This document shows, one piece after another, positions 54,887-63,757 of a stretch of DNA of 64,000 bases. The stretch comes from Alphaproteobacteria bacterium (GTDB lineage Bacteria > Pseudomonadota > Alphaproteobacteria > Rs-D84), in the NCBI GenBank assembly GCA_017502865.1, contig JAFVUD010000005.1, positions 16,007-80,006 on the forward strand, written 5' to 3'. Position 1 is the stretch's first letter, and every line of letters starts with the position of its first letter. The position numbers and the translations under genes were made by a program. The notes below the pieces were generated by a model, which saw only the letters and a program-made list of their open reading frames with translations, did no database searches and had not been told where the DNA came from.

Positions 54887-56017
54887 TTATTTGTTCATTT
54901 CGGTTAATGGCCAACGTGGACGTGGTGCGATTGGTTCATGTACGATATTACCAATACGCCAGTTTTCAATCCCTGCCCACGCAATCATTGCACCATTGTC
55001 TGTACACAGATTCAGTGGTGGTGCTGCAAAAATCATGTTGTGCTTTTTGGCCAGTTTTTCCATCGCTGCACGAATGGCGCTGTTCTTGGCAACGCCACCC
55101 GCCACAACCAATGTTTTTGGCATTGCGTTCATAACCCGTTCGTCCCGCATAGCATTTTCCAATCTGTTTGTAATGCAATCTACAACCGATGCCTGGAACG
55201 AAGCACAGAAATCGTCTATGAATTCATCACTATGCGGTTCTGGATTTTTATCCAAGAATGTTCGTGCGGCTGTTTTTATCCCGCTGAACGAGAAATCACA
55301 TCCCGGCTTGTCGCACAAAGGTCGTGGGAATTTAAACGCACGTGGGTTGCCGTTTTGTGCACGTTTATCCACAATTGGCCCACCCGGATACCCCAGTCCC
55401 AACATTTTTGCAACCTTGTCAAATGCTTCGCCGGCACTGTCGTCCAGTGTTTGACCAATCATTTCGTATTGCCCAACCCCACGCACCAACAGAATTTGAC
55501 AATGCCCACCCGATGCCAGCATCAACAGATATGGAAAATCAACCGATGTATCACCATCTGTGCCCGATGCGTTCGATGCATGCAGACGTGGTACCAATGC
55601 GTGTCCTTCCAGATGATTGACCGCAACCAATGGTTTGCCTGTTGCCTGGGCAATGCCTGTTGCAGCCATCCAACCAACCAAAACACCGCCAATCAAACCT
55701 GGGCCTGCCGTCGCTGCAATAACGTCAATATCGTCCATTGTTTTGCCAGCCTTGGCCAGTGTTTGTTTAATAACTTCGTCGATTGCCAAAATGTGTGCAC
55801 GTGCCGCCAATTCAGGCACCACACCACCGAACTTTTGGTGTTCTGGAATCTGGGAATAGATAATATGTGATAAAATATTTCGGTTTGAATCAACGATCGC
55901 TGCGGACGTTTCGTCACACGAAGATTCAATCCCCAAACACAGGGCAGGTTGTTCATCGGTCGTGTCACCACTGGCCAATGTTCCCATATCTAAATGCATA
56001 ATTTTTTCGTCTGTCAT
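54887..56017 (-). CDS. tsaD: tRNA N6-adenosine threonylcarbamoyltransferase
   Basis: LGIESSCDETSAAIV, HLEGH, GGVAKN. It has an N-terminal extension of about 25 aa, so the start is uncertain. Confidence 0.95.
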   Translation of the reverse strand: MTDEKIMHLDMGTLASGDTTDEQPALCLGIESSCDETSAAIVDSNRNILSHIIYSQIPEHQKFGGVVPELAARAHILAIDEVIKQTLAKAGKTMDDIDVIAATAGPGLIGGVLVGWMAATGIAQATGKPLVAVNHLEGHALVPRLHASNASGTDGDTSVDFPYLLMLASGGHCQILLVRGVGQYEMIGQTLDDSAGEAFDKVAKMLGLGYPGGPIVDKRAQNGNPRAFKFPRPLCDKPGCDFSFSGIKTAARTFLDKNPEPHSDEFIDDFCASFQASVVDCITNRLENAMRDERVMNAMPKTLVVAGGVAKNSAIRAAMEKLAKKHNMIFAAPPLNLCTDNGAMIAWAGIENWRIGNIVHEPIAPRPRWPLTEMNK

Positions 56018-56709
56018 TTCTTAATCTCTATCAACGCAACGCCCATTTCCCCCAATCCCTGACGACGTTTTGCATATTTTACAAAGTCTGCATCGACCAC
56101 ATGTCCGGCCGCCGATGATGCGTGCCGCAGTGTTGTACCGCCCGGCAACAGCAATCCCATATGTGTGACCGCCAAATCTGTGCCGATTGTTTCGTGGCTT
56201 TTAGAATTGGCACTGATAAACAATACAATCAGTGTTTCATTATTTTCAACCGCCCCCAGGTTGCGATATGGTATGTATTCAATCGATGCGTTTTCTGGGG
56301 CGAAATCCGCCGACATTTTGTGAACTTTTTTCAGCCACCCTGATTTATCAATGGTCAAATTACGCTTGCGTGTTGTGCCATATTCAGCACTGACATTTTC
56401 CACACGGTCACTGTTGTTTTTTAACCAGTCTGTTTCGATAAAATGATTGCGTTTTAAAAAGTCAATTTCGCCATTTTTATAACGAATTTGATTCAGGTTG
56501 TTTACATCGCCACCCGCCATAACGGTTTCGACGAATGTCGTGCAATCAAACGCATCTGTACGAATCAGCGGGTCTGTATCTGGTGATTTTTCTTCGCCCA
56601 GTGGGTCACGCATGTACTTTGCACCCATATATTCTGCACCATTATACGATGTAAAATTCATCGCCGCACAACCCGACAACAAAAATGCCAACACTATATT
56701 GCGAAACAT
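56014..56709 (-). CDS. DUF1460-like lipoprotein (amidase/NlpC-like fold suspected)
   Basis: MFRNIVLAFLLSGC lipobox. FDCTTFVETVMA is the motif I associate with DUF1460. Confidence 0.65.
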   Translation of the reverse strand: MFRNIVLAFLLSGCAAMNFTSYNGAEYMGAKYMRDPLGEEKSPDTDPLIRTDAFDCTTFVETVMAGGDVNNLNQIRYKNGEIDFLKRNHFIETDWLKNNSDRVENVSAEYGTTRKRNLTIDKSGWLKKVHKMSADFAPENASIEYIPYRNLGAVENNETLIVLFISANSKSHETIGTDLAVTHMGLLLPGGTTLRHASSAAGHVVDADFVKYAKRRQGLGEMGVALIEIKK

Positions 56710-56719
56710 ATGGGCACCT

Positions 56720-57025
56720 TTACTGGTTTTCTTTCAACAATACGCCCAAATTGCACAAACGTGCCGCATCTGCAATAGCCATTTCTGCGGATTCTGGCAA
56801 AGTTGCCATTTTGTCGACACATTGAACCAGTAATTCTGTATTGTCATCTGTTCCAACCAACATCTGCATAGTTGTCTTGCGGTCTTCCAATGCAGCCCTG
56901 GGCCAATCTTTTAATGTGCCGTTTGCCAAATCTTTGGAACCTGTGAATGATACAAATATCGCCAACGCAATCAACAAAACACCCGCACCAATCAAGATTT
57001 TGAAATATTTTTTAATAAAGTTCAT
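56720..57025 (-). CDS. Small membrane-anchored protein (101 aa)
   Basis: N-terminal TM segment ILIGAGVLLIALAIFVSF. 4-nt overlap with the upstream ORF. Confidence 0.4.
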   Translation of the reverse strand: MNFIKKYFKILIGAGVLLIALAIFVSFTGSKDLANGTLKDWPRAALEDRKTTMQMLVGTDDNTELLVQCVDKMATLPESAEMAIADAARLCNLGVLLKENQ

Positions 57026-57423
57026 TTTTGGTTCTCCTTGCTCTCTCTATAAACACTATTCATCAAACGTTTCATCTGGGGCATAATGCGTTGTGCATTG
57101 TGCATCAGATGGGATTCTGTAATCTTTGGCGGTTTCTTATAGAACACTGGCGTGTCGGCAATGATATTAGATGCCTGGCGTGTCCAGATTAAACCGTTTT
57201 CAATCTTGTCTATTTTTATATCGTTTGCCACCACACGAAAAATCATAGTCCACACAGGATTTGGCTCAATTGCTGTCTTGTGTGAATTTTCCAGAATTTG
57301 TTTTGCTGTATCTACTGTTGCACAAATATAGACCGGTGTATCATATTCGCACCACTTTTCACCTGATATCACTGGTCGCTTGCCATTCGCCAGCATAAAG
57401 CCAACCAATCTGTCCATTTTCAT
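57022..57423 (-). CDS. Hypothetical protein (133 aa)
   Basis: ORF with an ATGA overlap onto the next gene. No motif was recognised. Confidence 0.4.
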   Translation of the reverse strand: MKMDRLVGFMLANGKRPVISGEKWCEYDTPVYICATVDTAKQILENSHKTAIEPNPVWTMIFRVVANDIKIDKIENGLIWTRQASNIIADTPVFYKKPPKITESHLMHNAQRIMPQMKRLMNSVYRESKENQK

Positions 57424-57444
57424 ATTACAATACCTTTCGTTGCC

Positions 57445-57804
57445 TTACTCGCACTTAACCAACCATACATCATAGTCTGCATTCTGTACCGGATTTATCC
57501 CTGGTTCGTTGCGACTTAACCAATTGCTGAAAATCAAACCGTCGGTTGTATTAGAAACTTCTGTGAACGCAAAGAAATCTTCGGCCTGGAATGGGTCTGT
57601 CTGTTTGCATGCACGAACAATGATATTCAGTTTTTCAAACTGCACTTCCTGGCCAACTGGAATGGTCATAGTTTGTGTTTTGCCCGCAGCCTTGTTCATA
57701 ACACGAATAACAGCATTGTCACGGTTTACATATGCATTTGCCGGACTGAACAATCCGCCCAGCCCCAGCCCAAAAAATATACCAAATACGATTTGTTTTT
57801 TCAT
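57445..57804 (-). CDS. DUF2155-family secreted protein
   Basis: MKKQIVFGIFFGLGLGGLFSPANA signal peptide. The ...LNIIVRACKQTDPFQAEDFFAFTEV...YDVWLVKCE pattern is typical of DUF2155. The track ORF (to 58293) was trimmed. Confidence 0.75.
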   Translation of the reverse strand: MKKQIVFGIFFGLGLGGLFSPANAYVNRDNAVIRVMNKAAGKTQTMTIPVGQEVQFEKLNIIVRACKQTDPFQAEDFFAFTEVSNTTDGLIFSNWLSRNEPGINPVQNADYDVWLVKCE

Positions 57805-57811
57805 AACCCAC

Positions 57812-57840
57812 ATTGTACCCGTCACACCGAACATTGTCAA
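57812..57840 (-). promoter_or_regulatory. Consensus promoter (TTGACA-17-TACAAT) 7 nt upstream of the DUF2155 ATG (leaderless)
   Basis: Minus-sense TTGACA at 57840..35, TACAAT at 57817..12, and the ATG at 57804. Confidence 0.65.
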
Positions 57841-57871
57841 ATCTATAATAGGGGAGATTACAAAACAAATA

Positions 57872-57899
57872 TTGACAAAAACACAATATGTATTATAAT
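57872..57899 (+). promoter_or_regulatory. Consensus promoter (TTGACA-16-TATAAT) 7 nt upstream of the AbiEii-like ATG (leaderless)
   Basis: TTGACA at 57872..77, TATAAT at 57894..99, and the ATG at 57907. There is no SD. Confidence 0.65.
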
Positions 57900-57906
57900 A
57901 TAAAGT

Positions 57907-58836
57907 ATGGTAAAGATAAGAAATGAAGTTTCTCGGGCGTTTCAACGCACTAATAATCCAAAGATGGCCGAACGTGACTATTTGGAATGTGTTGTGCTGG
58001 ACAAATTGTTCCAAGACGATTATATAAAATCCAGCATGGTATTCGCCGGCGGCGGCACATTGACCAAGGCATACAGTATCAGCGACAGAATAGGCCAAGA
58101 TATCGATTTGGCCTGTGCCGATTTTCAGGACATTCCGGACAGTCGTTCTAAAAAACAACTGGCCAACTTTAAACGCAATTTCAAAGAATTTGTTTTTGAT
58201 GATATTCGTCCACGCTTTGAAACAATCCTGGGCCAGGGTGCAGGTTTCAAGATTATGACCGACCGTGACTGGAACAGTCTGCGTAATGAACATCAGTTTA
58301 TGTCATCGCCAACACTGCATTTGATGCACCCGTCGGCATTTACAACAGACTTTCTGCACATTTGCGTTGAAATTATCCCACGTAAATACAACCCGAACAT
58401 TACCAGTGTGCAAACGTTGGTACCATATTCATTGGGCGGTTCTTCGTTTGGTGAAATACCAACTGTGGCATACGAACAGACCTTTTGGGACAAGGTTTTT
58501 GCCCTGCATTCCAATGCGTTGGCCCGTGTTCCACACTTTGACGAAGGTTTTTCGCGTCATTACTATGATGTTGCAACATTGTCGCCATTTGTCGATTTGT
58601 CTGGTTCGGCCCATATGCTGCGTGATATATCCGCACACCAGCAAAAATACACAACCAAAGATTTGGGGATAATTCAGTCGCCATCATCTGTTCAATTATT
58701 GCCAGATGATTCCACATTGTGTAAATTGGCCGACGACTACTATGCAATGTCTGGTGCGTTTTCTAAAATGCCAGAAACATGGACACGGGTTGTTCAAATG
58801 TTAAACGAATTAAACCAAAGATTTAAGACTTTATAG
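57907..58836 (+). CDS. AbiEii/DUF1814-family nucleotidyltransferase (type IV TA toxin-like)
   Basis: ERDYLECVVLDKLF...VFAGGGTLTKAYSISDRIGQDIDLA matches the AbiEii N-terminal GG(T/S)xL...(S/G)xDIDL NTase signature. 309 aa. Confidence 0.75.
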   Translation: MVKIRNEVSRAFQRTNNPKMAERDYLECVVLDKLFQDDYIKSSMVFAGGGTLTKAYSISDRIGQDIDLACADFQDIPDSRSKKQLANFKRNFKEFVFDDIRPRFETILGQGAGFKIMTDRDWNSLRNEHQFMSSPTLHLMHPSAFTTDFLHICVEIIPRKYNPNITSVQTLVPYSLGGSSFGEIPTVAYEQTFWDKVFALHSNALARVPHFDEGFSRHYYDVATLSPFVDLSGSAHMLRDISAHQQKYTTKDLGIIQSPSSVQLLPDDSTLCKLADDYYAMSGAFSKMPETWTRVVQMLNELNQRFKTL

Positions 58837-58850
58837 GATGGGGGTAAACT

Positions 58851-59381
58851 ATGGCTAAATTTGTATTTTCTGATCCGCACTTTTATTCCACAGCCATTAT
58901 ATCGCACGGCAAACGTCCGTTTCGTGATGCAGATGAAATGAATGCAGCATTGATTCAAAACTATAATTCTGTGGTTGGGAAACAGGATATATGCTATTGG
59001 TTGGGCGATGTTATGTATGGTGCAACCAAAGAACGTGTTGCAAATATTTTACGCCAATTGCATGGTCGCAAATTTTTAATTATGGGCAATCATGATCGTG
59101 GCCATTCTGAAACATGGTGGGCATCATGTGGTTTTGAAAAAGTCTTTAACCACCCAATCTATGATGCAGAACAGTATATCATGCTGTCGCATGAACCATT
59201 GGTTGAATTTGGCAACATGCCGCCAATTGTGAATATCCATGGGCATATTCATATCCAAGACTATGATTTTCCAATTCATAATCGCTGCATCAACGTTTCT
59301 GTTGAAAAGACAAATTATCGCCCCGTACCACTGGTTAACCCATTGTTGGGTGCAACCCAGAAACGAAAGTTTTCACGATAA
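58851..59381 (+). CDS. Small calcineurin-like metallophosphoesterase (176 aa)
   Basis: The motifs SDPHF, LGD, GNHD, SHEP and GHIH occur in the canonical order. It lies 14 nt downstream of the NTase gene. Confidence 0.8.
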   Translation: MAKFVFSDPHFYSTAIISHGKRPFRDADEMNAALIQNYNSVVGKQDICYWLGDVMYGATKERVANILRQLHGRKFLIMGNHDRGHSETWWASCGFEKVFNHPIYDAEQYIMLSHEPLVEFGNMPPIVNIHGHIHIQDYDFPIHNRCINVSVEKTNYRPVPLVNPLLGATQKRKFSR

Positions 59382-59391
59382 TAAAATAAAT

Positions 59392-59420
59392 AAAAATCCC
59401 GCAAAATGCGGGATTCTTTG
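59392..59420. terminator. Bidirectional terminator between convergent genes
   Basis: ATCCCGC-AAAAT-GCGGGAT flanked by an A-run and a T-rich tail. Confidence 0.8.
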
Positions 59421-59441
59421 TATCAACAATAAATAAAGGTC

Positions 59442-59834
59442 TTATTTATTTGCAGCCTTTTCTGCAGATGTTGCAGCCAAGTCTTCAACGATACGAGCTT
59501 TCTTGCCTGATAACCCACGCAAGAAGAACAATTTAGCACGGCGAACTTTACCAATACGAACCTTTTCAATCTTTTCGATTGCTGGGCTGTACAATGGGAA
59601 TTTGCGTTCTACACCAACACCATATGATTCACGGCGTACTGTGAAAGAAGCATTGTTGCCTTCGCCACCATCGCGTGCGATAACAACCCCTTCGAAAACC
59701 TGAACACGGAATTTGTCGCCATCTTTAATTTTGACGTGCACTTTCAATGTATCACCGGCTTTGAATGCTGGGATTTTTTTATCGCCTTTTAATTTTGCGA
59801 TTTGTTCTTGTTCGATTTTTTTAATGATGCTCAT
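59442..59834 (-). CDS. rplS: 50S ribosomal protein L19
   Basis: [11 protein letters not shown]...[14 protein letters not shown]...R.Q.FEGVVIA is a typical L19 sequence. Confidence 0.95.
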   Translation of the reverse strand: MSIIKKIEQEQIAKLKGDKKIPAFKAGDTLKVHVKIKDGDKFRVQVFEGVVIARDGGEGNNASFTVRRESYGVGVERKFPLYSPAIEKIEKVRIGKVRRAKLFFLRGLSGKKARIVEDLAATSAEKAANK

Positions 59835-59836
59835 TT

Positions 59837-60517
59837 TTACTTTTCCTTTATTAAGTCCGGTCGACGTTCTTTGGTTATGTCAACCGATTGTTGTTTCCGC
59901 CACCGTTCGATATTGCCGTGGTGACCGGACAGCAGGACTTCTGGGACGCTTCGTCCACGCCATACTGACGGGCGGGTGTATAACGGCCATTCCAACCCCC
60001 CGATTTCGAAACTTTCATTTTGGGTGGTGTCCAAACCACCGTGAACCACATTATCCATCACACGAACGCAACTGTCAACAAAAACTTGGGCTGCGATTTC
60101 ACCCCCCGACAGTATATAATCGCCAATCGATAATTCCATTATACCATATTCTTCGATAATGCGTTCATCAATTCCTTCGTACCGACCGCACAACAGGGTA
60201 TATGTTGCATCTTGGTCCGCGATAAATTCACGAACCAACTTCTGGTCCAGTGTTTTACCACGTGGTGAAAAATAAATAATTTTACCCGGATTTTTAATTG
60301 AATCCAGTGCGGCGCCCAAAACGTCTGGACGCATAACCATGCCGGCACCACCACCAAATTGTGTGTCGTCTACACTGCCATAGTTATTGATTGCAAAATC
60401 ACGAATATTGATGACGTTGTATGTCCAAATGCCTTTTTCTAATGCACGACCAACAACCCCACCGGCCAATGTGCCTGGGAACATTTCTGGAAAAATGGTC
60501 AGTATGTTAAAGTGCAT
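59837..60517 (-). CDS. trmD: tRNA (guanine37-N1)-methyltransferase
   Basis: [15 protein letters not shown]...[17 protein letters not shown]...[13 protein letters not shown]. Confidence 0.95.
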   Translation of the reverse strand: MHFNILTIFPEMFPGTLAGGVVGRALEKGIWTYNVINIRDFAINNYGSVDDTQFGGGAGMVMRPDVLGAALDSIKNPGKIIYFSPRGKTLDQKLVREFIADQDATYTLLCGRYEGIDERIIEEYGIMELSIGDYILSGGEIAAQVFVDSCVRVMDNVVHGGLDTTQNESFEIGGLEWPLYTRPSVWRGRSVPEVLLSGHHGNIERWRKQQSVDITKERRPDLIKEK

Positions 60518-60984
60518 TATTTCACAACCACTGTTTTTGCATTCATGTCAACTGTGGCCCCAATAAACGACACCATGTCACCATTGTCTAATTCAATAAT
60601 GTCGCCGGCACCAAAGTTCTGGAAACAATCGACAACACCAATCTTTTTGCCGTCACGCACAACATCAAATCCAATCAGGTCTGCCTGATAGTATTCATTG
60701 TCGTCCGTCTGGGGCAGGGCATTGCGTTCAATAAACAACTCGGTCCCACGCAAGGCTTCTACGGCTGTACGATCTTCAAATCCACGAATTTTGGCAATAA
60801 TTACCGTCGAATTTGGGTTTAATTGACGTACAAATTTGAAATCATCTGGGGCAAATTTGCTGGAAATTACCCGCAATGATTTGAAATCTGTCGGTGCGTT
60901 GGTGTATGTCTGTACACGCACTTCACCACGAATTCCCTGTGGTGCAACAATTTTCCCAACCAAGATTTTATCTGTGTCGTTCAT
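60517..60984 (-). CDS. rimM: 16S rRNA processing protein RimM
   Basis: LVGKIVAPQGIRGEVRV. PRC-barrel C-terminus. Position between rpsP and trmD. Confidence 0.9.
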   Translation of the reverse strand: MNDTDKILVGKIVAPQGIRGEVRVQTYTNAPTDFKSLRVISSKFAPDDFKFVRQLNPNSTVIIAKIRGFEDRTAVEALRGTELFIERNALPQTDDNEYYQADLIGFDVVRDGKKIGVVDCFQNFGAGDIIELDNGDMVSFIGATVDMNAKTVVVK

Positions 60985-61210
60985 ATGTATTCGGTGATTT
61001 TAATAATTCGTTTTTTATCCCCAGGAAATAATCCCGCAACCTAATATTGTTTTCCATGGCATAGGTCATCAAAGTATCCAGATTGTCCAAATAAGAATCG
61101 TGAATCAATGTTTTTAATTCATAGTTTTGAAACCATACTTTGTCAAAGGCTTGTTGGATAAAGCCTTTGCACATGTCTTCACGATCTTTTGCCTTTGGTG
61201 CCTGTGCCAT
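60968..61210 (-). CDS. Possible small ORF (80 aa) inserted between rpsP and rimM
   Basis: Track ORF trimmed to the first ATG downstream of the rpsP stop. It has a weak RBS and no recognisable KH or other motif. Confidence 0.3.
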   Translation of the reverse strand: MAQAPKAKDREDMCKGFIQQAFDKVWFQNYELKTLIHDSYLDNLDTLMTYAMENNIRLRDYFLGIKNELLKSPNTYERHR

Positions 61211-61235
61211 TGGAAAACACTTATTAAGGAATAAA

Positions 61236-61673
61236 TTATTCAGCAACTGCTTCTGTTGCAGTTTCTTCTGCTGGGGCTTCGGCTGCTGCCTTGGCTGCTG
61301 CTTCTGCAGCGGCTTTTTCTTCAGCAATCTTTGCTAACTTTTCAGCTTTGTCCTTGATTTTCATCTGTGTTTTTTCAGACTGCAGATGTTTTTTTGTCTG
61401 AACTGGAATAGCCTTTGGTTTTACCAAGCCAGCATTAGCCAAGAATTTGTACACACGGTCAGATGGCTGTGCACCCTTTGCCAACCATGCTTTAACTTCG
61501 TCCAATTTTAAGATAACGCGTTTGTCGCTGTCTTTTGCCTGCATTGGATCATACTTACCAACAACTTCCAAGACATTACCAGAATTACGTGCGTTGCGTG
61601 AATCTGTTACAACGATATGATAATATGGACGTTTTTTTGCACCATAACGTGCCAAACGAATAACAGTTGCCAT
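61236..61673 (-). CDS. rpsP: 30S ribosomal protein S16 with Ala/Glu/Lys-rich C-terminal extension
   Basis: [41 protein letters not shown]. Confidence 0.95.
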   Translation of the reverse strand: MATVIRLARYGAKKRPYYHIVVTDSRNARNSGNVLEVVGKYDPMQAKDSDKRVILKLDEVKAWLAKGAQPSDRVYKFLANAGLVKPKAIPVQTKKHLQSEKTQMKIKDKAEKLAKIAEEKAAAEAAAKAAAEAPAEETATEAVAE

Positions 61674-61879
61674 TTCTTTACTCCTTGTTTTTTATAACTG
61701 TTTTATCCACAAAGAAAACCGCCATCAAGAGCGAACACTCGCCGGTTGATGTACCACACGCATACTGCGAACTGGTTTTATAATAATGGCAATCTTTGGG
61801 ATTTGCGCGTCCATTATGGACTATATTTTGTCAAAAGTCAAACATTTATTAAAAGTCAATCTTGGTGCGGGCTCAATTT

Positions 61880-61953
61880 TGGTGCGGGCGAAGGGAATCG
61901 AACCCTCGCCTAAAGCTTGGGAAGCTTTCGTTCTACCATTATACTACGCCCGC
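61880..61953 (-). tRNA. tRNA-Gly (anticodon CCC), CCA encoded
   Basis: Acceptor GCGGGCG/CGCCCGC, anticodon loop TTCCCAA, T-arm AGGGTTCGATTCCCT. Confidence 0.95.
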
Positions 61954-61999
61954 AATGTATGGCGAAATATTATATTATTTTACCGACAATGTCCAGAAT

Positions 62000-63730
62000 T
62001 TATTTCTGGCGTTGTCTTAGTGTGTCGGCCAGCGGTTCTGCAACGTATGAATTTCGCTGTTTGTCCACCGCTGCCAATTTAGTCCCCAGTGACTGTAATT
62101 GTGGTGTCCATAGGGCATATTTTTCAATATATTTGCGTGCTAAATCTGGATTCTTGGACAATTGAATATCTATAACATCACGCAACATTTGTTGCCCACG
62201 TGCAACAACCGCATCTGGATTGATAACCAATCGACCGTTCGTATCTAATTTTATCGCCCCACATTCAAACAGCATATTGTGTTGCATAATATTCCGTTTT
62301 GCGTGTGCACGACTAAAATTCGCCCCCGGATACAGATACGCTACAATCCACGACACAATCAATTCTGCACGTTGCTGTGGTGTAAAGAATCCTACATGCA
62401 CCAATTCGTCCAGCATTGCGATTGAACCCGCATCCGCCTTATGTTCTTCGATAATGTTTTTATATTCGCCCAATGATTCCAATCCTTCCTTGGGGCCCAA
62501 TGAATGCATATTTTCATGCAAAATGGTAAAATCGTGCAATGCCTGAACCGAAAAATATTTATGCTGTTCTGGTGTCAATAACGCATTCAGTTTCGCATCA
62601 ATTCCATTGCCATATTTTGCCTGACGCATTTGTTTCAGGTAAACCGTTCTGTGGCCGCCACCGGTTTTAACCGCCAATTTATCGGCATTTGGCAAATTAA
62701 ACGCTAATGTAATCTGGCTGCGATACGCCGCATTGTGCCCACCCACCGACACAACATCTACATCAACCATATTCTGTTTTGAATTATTCGATATAGTCTG
62801 GCTGTATTCGCTGTTGCGTGGCATTTTTGATGCCATCATTGGCAAATACTGTTTTATTTTTAATAAATAATCTGTGCCTGCTGTATCAACAATTCCAACC
62901 GTGGTTCCCAAATTGTCTTTTGCATACGGTGTAATTCCACGGTCATCCAGCATAGATTTTAATTTTGGATTTTTCAGCACAGTTGGTGTCATCGCATCGT
63001 CATAGCATTCACGCCCCAGTGTGAATTCTAGTGGTCCCGTTTGCAATGTTGCCCACTTTTTATCCGCCGCACAATCTACCCATGGTCGGTTTTCCAGCAG
63101 TGCTTCCGCCTGGTATTTCAAATATTCTTTAAAGTCTGGATTTTCTGTACAGTCGGCCGCCATTTTCAGTGCGTTCGCTGCCGGTCTAAACGCATATTGA
63201 AATGCCAACGTATAATCAATCGGCACCAATTGATTACCAAAACATCTGTCAACAACCGTACGCTGATTTAAAATCTGTTTAACTTTTTTGTCCTGGCCAC
63301 TTTCCAGCATACGAATTAAAATATCGTGAAATTCATCGATTGATAAATCATATGGGTATAACCCACGTCCCAACCGTGGTTCCACGTCGTGGGTCAACGC
63401 CACCGGTGTCCCCGATTTTTCATGTGCAAATATACCACGTTGACCATTGAACAAATCCAATGTCATTTTTACAGATTTATCATTTGTATTCGCACGCAAG
63501 AAACGTTCAAATTCCAGATTGTATGGATGGTCTAATCGTAATGCCACATGGTCAATTAAATCAGATGCCCGCACCAACCACTTTAATGCCAACTTTTCAC
63601 GTTCCGGCAGGGCTTCGTACTGTTCTGCCCCCACGCCCAGCATAGCGTATGGTGTGAACGCATCTGGGGCCGTTCGTTCACTCAGTTCTTTTTCGTTCAT
63701 TGCCAGTGTGAATTTTCGCCCTTTGTACAT
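62000..63730 (-). CDS. DPP-III-like (M49-related) zinc metallohydrolase
   Basis: 576 aa. HENMHSLGP (HExxH) followed about 30 aa later by EEHKADAGS, resembling the M49 HExxGH...EExRAE pair. The assignment is tentative. Confidence 0.55.
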   Translation of the reverse strand: MYKGRKFTLAMNEKELSERTAPDAFTPYAMLGVGAEQYEALPEREKLALKWLVRASDLIDHVALRLDHPYNLEFERFLRANTNDKSVKMTLDLFNGQRGIFAHEKSGTPVALTHDVEPRLGRGLYPYDLSIDEFHDILIRMLESGQDKKVKQILNQRTVVDRCFGNQLVPIDYTLAFQYAFRPAANALKMAADCTENPDFKEYLKYQAEALLENRPWVDCAADKKWATLQTGPLEFTLGRECYDDAMTPTVLKNPKLKSMLDDRGITPYAKDNLGTTVGIVDTAGTDYLLKIKQYLPMMASKMPRNSEYSQTISNNSKQNMVDVDVVSVGGHNAAYRSQITLAFNLPNADKLAVKTGGGHRTVYLKQMRQAKYGNGIDAKLNALLTPEQHKYFSVQALHDFTILHENMHSLGPKEGLESLGEYKNIIEEHKADAGSIAMLDELVHVGFFTPQQRAELIVSWIVAYLYPGANFSRAHAKRNIMQHNMLFECGAIKLDTNGRLVINPDAVVARGQQMLRDVIDIQLSKNPDLARKYIEKYALWTPQLQSLGTKLAAVDKQRNSYVAEPLADTLRQRQK

Positions 63731-63757
63731 GTGCGTTCTCCTTTGATTGAATGATGC

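Noticed and set aside
57805-58293. The N-terminal ~160 aa of the 282-aa minus-strand ORF 57445-58293.
   Set aside because: This part overlaps the AbiEii-like gene on the opposite strand and is low-complexity. The DUF2155 domain begins with its own signal peptide at ATG 57804, which has a consensus promoter 7 nt upstream.
60968-61327. The full 119-aa track ORF with a Gln/Lys/Pro-rich N-terminus.
   Set aside because: Its first 39 codons overlap the rpsP C-terminal extension in another frame. Only the part downstream of the rpsP stop is retained, as a low-confidence candidate.
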